The notes under the pieces: model-generated
The model's database searches: none
The model's input: only the letters and a program-made list of their open reading frames with translations
Told to the model about the DNA's origin: nothing
Assembly: GCF_041146345.1 (NCBI RefSeq)
Contig: NW_027191404.1
Location: forward strand, 372,001-436,000
Direction: 5' to 3'
Origin: Neodothiora populina
Taxonomy: Eukaryota
DNA length: 64,000 bases
Shown: one piece after another, positions 22,204-34,707 of the stretch
How the letters are laid out: every line of letters begins with the position of its first letter
Numbering within the stretch: position 1 is the first letter of the stretch
Made by a program: the position numbers and the translations under genes

Positions 22204-23951
22204 TTACGGCTTGGAGATAGGGACAACCATGTCGACCTCGACGTCCTCGGCAGCCTTGGCGGCTTCAACCATATCGGCGCCCTCGGTCTTACCGCAGAGC
22301 TGTTCACATGTCAGTAAGTTGCACTGAGAGAAAGAGCCAAATGATGATAGCTGGAATACATACCGTCTCGACGATGATGCCGGTGATCTGGTAGGGATCG
22401 GCGTTGGAGGCAGGTCGGCGATCTTCGAAGTAACCCATCTGCTTGTCGTAGCACTCGCGGTTAACACGAACGGAAGCACCACGGTTGGCGACGCCCCAGG
22501 TGAACTTGTCAAACGAGGCGGTCTCGTGGGCACCAGTCATACGGAGATTGTTGTCCTCTCCGTAGACGACCATGTGCTCCTTGTGGCGGGCGCCAAGCTT
22601 CTCCATGGCAGCCTCGATTGCCTTGTAGCCACCCTCCTTACGCATAGCCGCGGTTGAGACGTTGGAGTGGAGACCAGCACCATTCCAGTCGCCGGGGATT
22701 GGCTTGGGGGCGAAAGTGACCTTGACACCAAACTCCTCGGCGACACGGTGGAGGATGAAACGAGACATCCAGAGTTGATCACCGACTAGCAAAACGGTTA
22801 GCCAGAAAGTTGCAACTTGAAACCATGATGATACACTACTTACGATCGATGCCGTTGCAGGGGCCGACCTGGAACTCCCACTGGGCAGGCATGACCTCGG
22901 CGTTGGTGCCGGAGATGTTGATACCGGCGTAGAAGCAAGCCTTGTAGTGAGCCTCGACGATGTCTCTGCAGAAGACCTTGCCGGTACCGACACCACAGTA
23001 GTAAGGACCCTGAGGAGCGGGGAAGCCGTTCTTGGGCCAGCCGTAAGGCCAGCCGTTGGTGTCGAGGAGGGTGTACTCCTGCTCGAGACCGAACCAGAAC
23101 TCCTCGCTCTCGTTTGCCTTCATGAGCAGAGCAGCTGGGTGGCGGTGGTTGTACTTGTTAGGCTTGCCATCGCTCATCCAGGTCTCGCACATGACCAGAA
23201 TGTTGGGTCTGCAGCGGAAAGGGTCGTCGTAGACGGCGACAGGACGGAGGTAGACATCAGAGTTGTCACCAGGGGCCTGGCCGGTAGAGGAACCGTCAAA
23301 GTTCCACTCTGGGAGATCCTCGACCTTGATGTCAAAGTCGGCGACAGTCTTGCCGGACTCGTCCGTCTTGGTCTTTGCCTTGATGGACTGTAGCAGGCTA
23401 TGTCAGTTCAGAGTTCCGTGAACCTCGCATGACCGCCGGTTCCACTCCACGACGATGTGCTTGTGCAGAAGTCGTCAAGAAGGTTATGAAATGGCATCGT
23501 TGTTCTTAATTGATGACAATGATGATGATGAATTTTTCTGTCTTTCTTTTTCATGGCGATCGCTGTCGCCGCCGCGTTTCGGCAGTGACGAAACGCGGGG
23601 CGGCTGGCATCCCACCAAACTCACGAAACGCGAGAATGGATGGGAAGGACAGAGCAATTGCGTACCTTGCACTTGGAACGAACTCCGTTGGAGCCGTCAA
23701 TCCAGACGTACTCGGCAATAATGTACTGATCTGCACCCTTGCCCTGCTCGAGCTTGAGGTATTTTTGCAGCTGTTGTTGATGTCGTTAGCTTTACTGTTG
23801 CAGAATCTTAAGCGGCATTTTTCGTTTGTTGTGAGGGACTTACATTTGCAGTGTTGGAAATGTACGGTGATTCAGCCTGCGATAGGAGTGTCAGTCTTCA
23901 CAAGTCCTCCTTGTGCGCAGTCTCTTAGCGATCTCGGAGCTGGCTCACCAT
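22204..23951 (-). CDS. GLN1: Glutamine synthetase (GSII)
   Basis: ATG-only first coding exon (23949-23951) and five introns; [67 protein letters not shown]. Confidence 0.97.
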
Positions 23952-26453
23952 TGCGACGAATGTGATGTGGTTTCTGACTGGTGAGTCAAGAAGAGAAAAA
24001 AGACAGAGATTTGAAAAGGTGCACGCTGCGCGAGACAGACGGTGACGATGCTACGTGAGCAAGTGGAGGGAGAGGGGGGAAAACTAAAGAGTTGCAAGTG
24101 AGAACCGATGAGTCGAATGGATAAAGGGTGGGGAAGGTATTTGAACAATCGAACAACTGCATGCAACTCTTGATTGAGGCGGCTCACAATACACCACGCG
24201 ACGCTTTGGCATTGGATTGGGGCCGGTGGGCAACCTGGCTTTGCTAGCCCACCGATAAGAGACCCTTGCCTCACGCTATCATTCGCTGCCGAGACTGTTT
24301 GTGCCTGCATTTCACCATGGATACTTGGGTCTTGCAAAACAAACTACACACACAATGACCATGTATCCCAGTATCTCAGGTTCTTTGTATCCTGTGTCTT
24401 CTGTTGGTTGAGACCATGAACCAGATACATTTCTCTCGTCTGCGCCAGATGGGTTTTTATTACGTGGTTCGAAGACTTCCTAGCCGTTGGGCCCCCATCC
24501 GATAGAGCCAGCGCCTGCGTGAATTGCTCGTCTTCTAGGCATACCCCAAGCTGTCCTGGATACGGCCGCGGCATAAAGCTGTCATGGAACCCTTATCGTC
24601 ACACCCACTATTGCCGTACTTATCGGCCTCTCGAGATAGCAGGTACAAAACATGCCTGCTTCCTTGGTTCTACAAAAGGTAAAGCGAAATGAGTGCTAAT
24701 CAGAAGGCTGCACATGATTCAGCCCGCTCGCGAGTATAGATATGCGTGTGCAGAAGGATCACCCTATACAGTAGCATGGTTCCCGCGATCTGACTTCGCA
24801 ACATGCCCAGATAGCGAGCCAGGCACAGCATAGCGATCCCCCAAGCTCCCACGACCAATCATCCTTAGCCGCGCTTCGATTTGCGCCGATTGTGCAGAAC
24901 TACATTGAAGGAAGAGCGATGCATAACGTGCGCCTGTCTGCATGGATTGCACTCTTCGGCACGCGACACACACGCACGATGTATACACATTAAAGATACC
25001 GGGTTCCACTCGTCCCAGCAGATACAAAAGACGAGTGAACTTGTCGCGCGCTCTGCTAACAACTACCTTACGGGCATACAGTGCTCGCAGCGGAAAAATC
25101 CATCGTCCTTGCGCCAACCGCCGCATTGTGGCTTAAGCCAACCCCGCTAAACGCAAAGGCAACGAGAAGCTCCACAATCTATCAGCCGGGCTTATCGTAG
25201 CCAATGAGCGACTGATAGATGACATTGATCACCGCGTAACCTGAAAAGGAATGTCTCCGGTCTTGGAACTCGAACTAGAATCGTCCCTCCGCTTTCGGCA
25301 TCAGTTCTTGGCACCTCACTACAGTTGCTCCTTGCCTGTGTGCTGCTAAGACTCGCGCGAATGCAGAAACGGTCGTACGGACGCTATAAACCCCAATTAC
25401 GTTATAGGTAATGGAATATGACTCGATTTTGAGGGACTTTGATATATTTGACCAACTCGAATACAAACGGCAACTCCGTCTACCAAGATCTCACCAAGAG
25501 ATGTCTCTTGGACCTACAAGGGTCTTAAGCACGTTTTTACAATTTAGTCATGTTTTCTCTTCAGAGTGCAAGACATACGCAATCCTTTGCCCATGAACCA
25601 TTGTCTCAATGCCCTATTTTCACCTACGTTCATCGCTGTCATATTGGCGGCAATTGCTTCGGCTACACGCGGGTTTCATCGGCTATATGTCGCAATCAAT
25701 CGTCTAATGGACCACAATGCTGCCTTTAGCGGAAAAGCATATACAAGTATAGTATAGCAATTTTTCTCGGCTATCAATTACGGTACAATTTGTTTATGGT
25801 AGCTTCTGGACCATCATGTTCGTGTTTGCTCCTTGTGGATGACATCGATCTCGATGGGTTGCAACTTGAACAAGATGTATGAAAGACAGTACCGCTCCAT
25901 GCCTGTTATGGAGAATCGCAATGAATACTGTAGTTTGAACGAACCCATAGTCAATTGAATGATAGATTTTTCGGATCTGCATACTAGGCGAGGAATGATA
26001 GATGAAGAGCCAGGTTATATATGAGCATCCTCTCTATCTCTAGTACATCAGTATACCCATCAGCGTATTTTTTTGTCCTATCATAATCGGCTTGGAATGC
26101 TCGCAACCATGTCTTCAAAATCGACCAGATCGAGGGTGGTTTTGAGACAGGGTCGCCCTCTGGCAATTGGTCCTCGCCACATCGAGTCATCGTGCCAAAC
26201 GCGTTTGACATATTCTGTTCTCGATTTTCGGCTTCCAATATGCTCGAAGTATTCTAGTCCACCATTAGACTTGCTTGAAACATGTGCTGTGACCGTCAGG
26301 CGTCAAGCTTGGGTTTCATAGGATGCTCTGAAGGCTATGTATTCTTGTACATCTAGGCTTAGTATGTAACATCTAAGTCATATACATGTATTTGTGACCG
26401 ACGAGTCGAGTGTCTACATGCTCAAGACAGAGTATCAACCATGTCTCGTCTGA

Positions 26454-28145
26454 TCAAAGCCGTGAAGCCAGTCCCGATTTGGCGCCATCCTCATTGAGTG
26501 CGGACCAGACGGTCAGCCCATCTTCCCATCGCTCGTCCAGCCACATATCCATTGTACCTCGAGCAGTCAATCTATGCATCCATTGTGGGCCCTTTTGTGT
26601 CCACTGTACATCATCGCCCTTGACAAATCTCGAGAAGAAAGAATTGATCTCTTCGACGACGCCCTTCTCCGCATCCGTCAATCCCGCCCCGAGTCCCATA
26701 CCCCAGAACCAGATCGGCAGATCGCTCGCGTGCGTGACTTTCCACGCCGGCGGTAGCATGGCATCTGTGCACTTGGCTCGCCAGTCGATTCTGTATCTTA
26801 GTAGGTCCACTCCGACGGTGAGACCACCCTGGGCAAGTTTGTTGGCGAAGCCGCGCTCCATGGTGTGGACTTGGGTGTCGGCGTAGACTTTGCCGAAGAA
26901 GTCCTGCCAGTTCTTTGCCCATGCGGGTAGTCTGCGATCGGGGCAGTAGACGGACATGAGATTTTCGACGCAGGCTTCGGGGTAGTCGGCGACGAGGCGG
27001 TAGTAGACAGCTTGATAGGAGTTCTGGGGCTTGCGCCACTCACCGTATGAGAAGTGCTCGTCTCGGCATTCGCCATTCAGGATCTTGACGCCCCGGTCTT
27101 TGATTCGTCTAGCGAATGTTCCGTTGTTGATCTTTGTGAACAGTTCTTTGTCGATGAAGGCGCCATCGGACAGAGCGCGGAACTCTGATTTCGCAAGACT
27201 GTCCTGCACTGAAGCAATTTTGTCGGCCGGAACAGAACGCAAGCTGGCGAGCTTGTCTGATGGTGATAAAGTCAGGGGGATTTGTAGCGCTTCAAGGAGT
27301 TCATCAAATTGTTGCTGGTGCTCAGACATGAACTTTGGTTGCACACCTGAGCCGTTCGACCACATTATTGCGCGCTTGATTATTGATGACTCCTTGGGAA
27401 GGAAAATGTCATGAGCAAGTTGCTGGAATGTCGAGTAAGAGCCTACCTGAAGTCAATACAAACACGGTCATCTCGTGTAACCTTACTCACCTGCAGAGTA
27501 TCCACCAACCGTGATATTCTTGGGATTGCCACCGAAACAGGAAATGTGATTGGCCGTCCATTCAAGCGCTGTTCTTTGATCCCAGAAGCCCATGTTTCCA
27601 GAACTCTCGCCATTCTTGCTCGCCTCATCTGCGAGCTCTTTGCTTGCGACAAATCCGAATACATTTAATCGGTATGCTGGCATTACAATCATGCACTTGA
27701 ATTCAGTCTCACTTAACAAGGGAGCATATGCAGTACTCTGAAGATTCGGGTTTCCCCACTGCAAGAAGCCACCGTGAATGTAGAAAAAGATAGGCCATCC
27801 TCCAGCAGGTGGCTTGCCTGCCGGGATCCAAATGTTTACTTGGAGACAGTCTTCATCCCATAAGCTCTTGTCGGGTGGACCGAGATTTCCTGGCTGTGGA
27901 CACACTGCTGTACCACCAGTGAAGCGGCTTGGATTTGCCTTTGTACCATACTTGAACTGCGAAGGTAAAGGACGTGGTCGACGGAAGCGATACGGACCAG
28001 TTGGAGGAAGCGCATAAGGGATACCACCAAAGTAGTGACAAAGAGCTTTATACGGTGCAGCAGAGTCCGAGACAGTGAGACCGTCTATGTAGCCCAGCGG
28101 GCCTGCTTGGAATGGGAAGAGAGAAGTGCTGTAGTTGGAAGGCAT
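26454..28145 (-). CDS. Type-B carboxylesterase with C-terminal PTS1 (SRL)
   Basis: GIPYALPP, EDCLQVNIW, IHGGF, YRLNVFGF, FGGNPKNITVGGYSAG (GxSxG), THASDL. One intron near 27443-27490. Confidence 0.92.
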
Positions 28146-29051
28146 TGCGTCTTTATGAGAGATCTGGATGTAAAAAGAAGAATTACATCAATACTTACTT
28201 ATCAAGGGTTTATGCTAGCTATATCCGTAAGTGATAGTGAGTAGATGCGGAGATGCGTCAGTCAACTTTGATTGATAACCGGCACCACGGCATAAGTTTA
28301 AGTTGGCCGAGGGCAGGTGTTGATTGTACGGTGCAAACTTGACAAACAATAATTAATGACCTTCGTGTGAACCACAGACCTCAATGTACTCGCAATATAG
28401 TAGATAGGCTTCACTGGCACACTTACCATTAAATATCACGGCGACATAGGAATACTCTATGATAGCAGGTCTTGTCCAACATCAAGTCACTTGCCTTGTC
28501 TTCTCCACACCCACGAGTAATGTATGAAAAAGCAACGCACAAGTACCTTACACTTATGGTTCATACATATATCACACCTTAAGCTGGTCTGATTAATTGC
28601 GACGCTGGTGACCCTTGCACCCTCACGTCCTTCAGTCTACTCACTGCGGTAGACTGAAGTATAAAGAACGACTCAATTGACAGCCTGCTTCTCGAGTTTG
28701 CTACATGTGCATCGTTGGCCCGTGACACTCACTGCTAGCACTGCCTTAACAACATGACAATCAACAGCTGCACATGCTGATGTTCTGACATCCTGCATGG
28801 TTCGCAGCTGTGATACATGACATTGTCCGGCCTGTTGTATGCCTAGACAACGAAGCATGATGAAGTCATTCTATAGCACATGAGAGCACAATGTGATATC
28901 CTCGGGAGTGTCACGCCTGCAATAGCAGATGCGGTGGCGACTTGGGCATAGTATGTTTGGAAATAGGTCCGTCTAGATTTCCTCTCTACACTTCAGCCAC
29001 AAGATCAACTCAACCTTCAATTGAAAGCCCTCGATCGATACCGCTGTTAGT

Positions 29052-30299
29052 ATGTCTTCGACATCCACTAAAGATATAGACGCCGCCCAGGTTCTTCTTA
29101 CGCTTGCCGTAAAGAAGCCCCTTCTGAACGCGAGGAAAGGCTCTGTTCATGATACCGATGTTCCGGACTCTACAACGGTAGTCCCAGGTGCAACCCTTCC
29201 TCCTCCAACAGCCGAGAACCGTCCATCGGAAGCAAACGCTTCTGTCATAAACCCGGACGATCTTACAGACGAACGTCGTGAGATTACAGCTGAAGTAGCT
29301 TTTCACAACGCTCGCATCACTGCCTTCAATACTTTGCGAGGCCGATCTGATTACAACGACGATATACTACAGCAATTCAAGAGGGACTCTGCCCAGTCTT
29401 ACTGCAATGACCGATGCAAAGCCTCTTGCCCCAAGTTCTTTACATGCTCGTTGCATTTGCTTCAGCAGACAGATACGCCTTGCGATTCCAAGCAGGAGTA
29501 TGGCGCACTGAGCCTAGCGCGTGCTTCCGTGTCGCGTTACTTTGGACACAACAAAATCGAGTGGATGCAGATACCTTCGCGCTACCGCGTCTTACTTTGC
29601 CGGAAGCACTATCAGACCAGCAATTACGTTTGCCGTAAAGCACACTCGACTGGCGCCGCTACGCCTGTATCTGGGCCCGAGCATCACACTACTGCGAGTA
29701 ATGTGATTGAGATGAAGTATAGTCTTCCTCTGACGCAACTCACACTCATCCGTCATCAACTTGCGAAGCTGGAAGAGTGGCGTGGTACTACCGAAGCCAA
29801 GTTTACCATCCAACCTACGACCGGCGTGCAGAAACGTATAGCTGTTTACCACAAGCTCTGTTCTCAAGGGCAGATCTCATCTGTGGAAGCAGCAGCCCGG
29901 GTAGATTCTACACGCAGAAGCAGCAACCCTAGGGCCGGACCCACCGCTGAAGAGAAGACCTCGGTCGAGTTCGTCGTCGCTTTTGACAACCGCTTTGGCG
30001 CCGAAAATGTAGGACCTTTAGAGACCGGTGCCGCTGTCGACTTTCTCGAGGCAAAAGTGAGAGATGGAACACTCAAGACCTTGCCAGCAGTGGAGTTTCT
30101 CTTACAGTGTAGACCTTCGGACAAGCAGCGAGAGAGACGTGTGAAGCATTTGTGGAAAGCAAGCAAAGTAGAGATGCTGAGGATCCCTGTGGAATTGGCA
30201 CCACAGAAAAGACGTAGGGAGAACGTAGATGACGATGATGATGCGGCTTCTGAGACTGATGGTGGCCAAAAGACGATCAAGAAACTGAAGACAGGATAA
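29052..30299 (+). CDS. Fungal hypothetical protein with ORP1-like Cys/His motif, possibly nuclear
   Basis: Intronless 415-aa ORF; VSRYFGHNK...IP...LCRKHYQ resembles the fungal FGRNK...CRKHYQR motif (from memory); basic PQKRRR near the C-terminus. Confidence 0.6.
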   Translation: MSSTSTKDIDAAQVLLTLAVKKPLLNARKGSVHDTDVPDSTTVVPGATLPPPTAENRPSEANASVINPDDLTDERREITAEVAFHNARITAFNTLRGRSDYNDDILQQFKRDSAQSYCNDRCKASCPKFFTCSLHLLQQTDTPCDSKQEYGALSLARASVSRYFGHNKIEWMQIPSRYRVLLCRKHYQTSNYVCRKAHSTGAATPVSGPEHHTTASNVIEMKYSLPLTQLTLIRHQLAKLEEWRGTTEAKFTIQPTTGVQKRIAVYHKLCSQGQISSVEAAARVDSTRRSSNPRAGPTAEEKTSVEFVVAFDNRFGAENVGPLETGAAVDFLEAKVRDGTLKTLPAVEFLLQCRPSDKQRERRVKHLWKASKVEMLRIPVELAPQKRRRENVDDDDDAASETDGGQKTIKKLKTG

Positions 30300-30817
30300 G
30301 AAGAGGGGTCAGATATTGAGATGTCATACTGAAACTATACCGTTGTCGATGAGATCTCGGATTAGTCGAAAGAAGGTTTTATGGAGGAGAATATGTTAGA
30401 AATCATTGACTTGGGAGGATGGAGAAATCTGCTTTGATATTTTATCACATCAGTAGAATTATCACTATATCTTTAATTCTACCACACCCATGGGCGAGGT
30501 ATTGACTTCTACAGAGGGTATATTATACCCACAACTATAGAGTGCAACTCTGTCAGCTTTGTATTCGACCATCCATCATGAATGCTGTACATCCGAAAGT
30601 ACGGTGACATACAGTATGGTATATTTCTGCAATTCGCGCTGATGACATAAGCCTGAAGCACGTCCGTCAGGCATCAAGTGCATCCCTTGTTTAGATGATA
30701 AGCCATCCATTTCATGCCGAACGACTCGCTGTACAGCAATATGCCATATATGTTGTCTTATCCGATAAACTCAGGCCTGATATATATATCTACGCAGACT
30801 CAATCTATGTCATCAAT

Positions 30818-33006
30818 ATGGCAGACGAAGGTACTGTCGTGTACGAGAGGGATCTGCTGTGCGAACGATGTCGTCAAATGCCTCCAATAATGGAGCTTGA
30901 GGCCTATACCTCTTATGGGCTGCATGAATCCTTTGAAAGTTTCATTTCCTGCGCATGTCCATTCTGCGTCTGGCTTCATAAGTGCATCAGGACCAATCAT
31001 CCGAAGTACAGAGACCATATCGACGGTCCGCGACGTGTTGCAGGGCTTGCCAACGACTCATCTGTTAATCTGCTTGTACACCAAACGGAGGTCATCCAGA
31101 CGACCATCATCATCCAGGTAGGAGGTTCATTCGCAGGCTTCAGCATGGAACTACCACTGTTTGCAGATCCAGGTAAGCGACGATTTGCCATCCTCTGACA
31201 TTCAGGAGTGCACCTGTTTCTAGCGAATTACCCTGATCACGGAATGGTAGCTTGTACTACTTCATGAGCAGGAGAAAACAAATAACAATACGTCTAATTT
31301 GTATCGAACCAGGTACAACCTCTGCATCCCTCATCAGAGGTAGACGCGTTGGTCATGATCCATCATCAGATCTAGTATTTGCGTTGATTCATGCATGGAT
31401 CGAACAATGTGTACATAATCATCCTACTTGTAAACCGCCCACACAAACTAGATTACCATCATATGTCATAGACGTCGGATCTGAGGAGAACCCAGCGCTG
31501 CATTTAATGGAGACGAAAGGTACTTCTTCTTGTCGCTACATCACCCTTAGCTATGCTTGGGGTGTCTCAGAACAACCCATCATGCTCAAGGAAGATAACC
31601 GCGATGCTCTACTGGAATCCATTGCAGAAGACCGTCTACCGAAAACATTGAAAGATGCCATACTTATTACACGAAAACTAGGCGTGCCGTATATATGGAT
31701 CGATGCCCTGTGCATAGTCCAGGACAACAAAATCCAAAAGAAAGGCGAGATAGCAAAGATGAAGCATATATTCGGTGATTCCTTCCTCACGATCCAAGCG
31801 GCCAATGCTCACTCCGTGCATGAAGGAATACTGAATCCGCGAGCGAACTATGAAATTCCACCTCAGAAGCTCCAGCTGTGTCGTTACGACCAGGCATTTT
31901 GTTTCCTCATGTCAAGAGATCTCTCAAGTGAGCTGGGCGCAACAGAAACAAGAGCCTGGTGTTTCGAGGAGTCAGTTCTCCCTAAAAGATTACTGATCTT
32001 TGCCAAGGAACAGATCATGTTCAAATGCGATCAAGGGGTGCAGCTGGAGGATGGACGGATAACAGGAAGCACGACCTCGGCCAATGCTATAAAGCTCAAA
32101 CCTTGGTTCAACGGGTTGCCACTTGCAAAAGAGAAAAGAGTGCCAGACACCAAACTCGATGCATTGAAGGCGTGGTACAACGCTCTAGATCTACATTATA
32201 CACCCAGACTACTCACAAGCCCACACGATCGTCTTCCGGCTATCGGCGGAGTCGTAAAGCAGTTCCAACCTTGGATCGGTGGGCAAATTCTTGCTGGAAT
32301 CTGGAAAGCAGACATGATCTGGGGCCTGCTCTGGTCATCTCACAACCACATCGTCGGATTGTGGGTCAGTAAAGAACTTTCGACTTACTGGACAAATCGC
32401 AAACATAGTAAAATCAAGAAACCACGGCTCCACGCACCATCCTGGTCGTGGGCTTCCTTAGATGGGCGCACTATACATAAGTTCGCCGCGAGATTGAGCT
32501 CAGACACCCAAAGAGCTCAGATACTTCGCTACCCTGAATCGAAAGACGACTCTGCTCTAGGTGATCTCAAGGATTGGACACTAATCATGTCCGCTCCACT
32601 GAGAATTGCTCATCGTCTGCCTTATGTCGAGCAGAATGTAGAGCTGAGGAAGAAGCTGACCTCCGGTCGCGGCCTGAACTACCCAGGTCTGCACCGAGGC
32701 GAGCTCGCGGAGTTTCTGCTCGACGCACCAGATGATGGGCACATCGCTGGTATAGCCTGCTACGACATCTTGCAAGATACCCCAGACAAAGTGTGGTGTG
32801 CCCTATTCACCACGACATGGGGGGTAATGCTCGAGCCAATCGACTCTTCATCCTTCGACCTCGACAGCACTGAGATGAGCTTTGATCAACTCAATCTAGA
32901 CCCTTCGTACCAGACATTCCGGCGTGTGGGCACCTTTCGTACCTATAAAGAGGAGGAAACACAGTGGATCCTCGAGGAACATAGAACGGAATTTTGCATT
33001 ATTTGA
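30818..33006 (+). CDS. Heterokaryon incompatibility (HET) domain protein
   Basis: N-terminal CxxC pairs; intron about 31172-31312; YITLSYAWG, LPKTLKDAI, YIWIDALCIVQD, TRAWCFEE, DRLPAIGG, APSWSWAS. Confidence 0.92.
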
Positions 33007-34707
33007 CGAAACGATATAGACACGCACTGACGTTTATGGAGATGACAATTCAGAAGCGGACCAGCATTCGCCCCCAAGGTTGAATACCCAAATACTATCA
33101 CGTTGAGATTCATCCCTGTTTGCACATGTTTTTGCATCACTTTAAAAGCACCTTCATTAAATCATCGTTCACTGTGGCTAGCGAGTGAGCCGCAATTGTC
33201 CAGTTCATTGACTAGACAGGCAGTATAGCGACCTCATCTTCCTATCTTTCTCTTTTGTTTCTGATGAGTTCTTTCTTTTCCAGCCTCTCGCACCCGGATG
33301 GATATGGATCCGCAGAGAGAAACTGTACCTCCCACGCAGAGAACAGGATAACCAGTCCACTTCAACAAGCACAAAGCGCAGCGCAGCCACGAGGCACCAG
33401 CCCTCTTGAGTCAAGATCTCAAGCAAGCAGCGACCATATCTACACACCTCTGAAGCAAGGCACAGCACCTTATTCTCTCAGTATAACCCTATAAGAAGTA
33501 GCGAAGGTTCGGTCGTGTGCCTGGTGGGTGTTCCTCTTTTCTAGAGAATGCATGCCCGGGGCGACGGCCAGATTTGGTGATGCATGGGACCTTGTTTGTC
33601 GTGCGGGTTATACACGCTGCTGCTTCGGGCTCTTCGAGAGAGGTATGTATGGAGCTTGTTGCGCTGTTCATTACTTGGATTTTTCATTTTCTCACTCACT
33701 TGTATTTTCTCACTTTGGTCCTTCCCATTGACCACCACTGCTACTTGACCACAAAGGGCTGGACCTCCCAATGAGTAGATACAAGAAAGCAACCTCCCCC
33801 CGATCTTCACTTCCAACTCGAACTCTGACATATCGATCCGAGATGGCAAGGAGCCCGAGGGTTGACATACATACAACCTGCCAAAGTCCGCACTACCTTG
33901 TTTTTGTTTTGCTCTCACTGGTGTTCGTCAAAGCCTTCTTCTGAAATGGCTAGCTATGTGCTTTACTCTGCTATATTCTGCTTGACGCCGAGTTTGTTTT
34001 TGCTCTGCTCTTGCTATATACGTGACTCTCTCTTTTAAAACCCGTCTGACCCACTGTCGTATGACCTGCATGTTCATGTAATCGGACTTATTGTTACTAG
34101 CACAAGGTAATTAGTGCCCTTTAGATAGCAGTGCAGAAGCGAGTAAGGACCAGAGACTTAGAACGAGGTTTCAAGACGAAATGGAGCCGAAGACAAAGAC
34201 TTGACCGAAGTCTCGGACCGAAGTCTCGAGACTGTTCGAGAGCTAAGCACCAGCATGAATATATATGTGAGATGGGACAACAGGAAGAGAAAAGGTGACT
34301 GTGAGTGAATATATATATAAATATTGTGTGGATCTTTTCATCATCCGAGCTCCCACACCTTTTTCGAATGATATATAGGGGGATTTATTGTAACGAACAT
34401 GGACTATAGGGGATATCTAAATTTCAGAGAAGAAAGAAGCAGAAGCAAAAAAGTGCATCCAGCCAGCCCAGGAATGCTTTCCTTTTTCCTTTCACATGCA
34501 TGACACAACAGCAAGCCAGCTAGTCAGCCAACCCGACCACAAGAAAACGTCGTGTTCGCCCATCCGTCAAGCATGCCAGATACGAGCAGAAAAGTGTGGG
34601 AAGGAAAGACAAGAAAAAGAAGAATCGACAAAGAGGAGAAGCATGCACATCGTCATGGCGAGCACCAGTAAGGCCAAGAAGCTGCTGCCGCCGCCAGTGG
34701 AGCCTCG

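Noticed and set aside
33200..34500. Short ORFs downstream of the HET gene
   Set aside because: Could not be assembled into a credible spliced gene.
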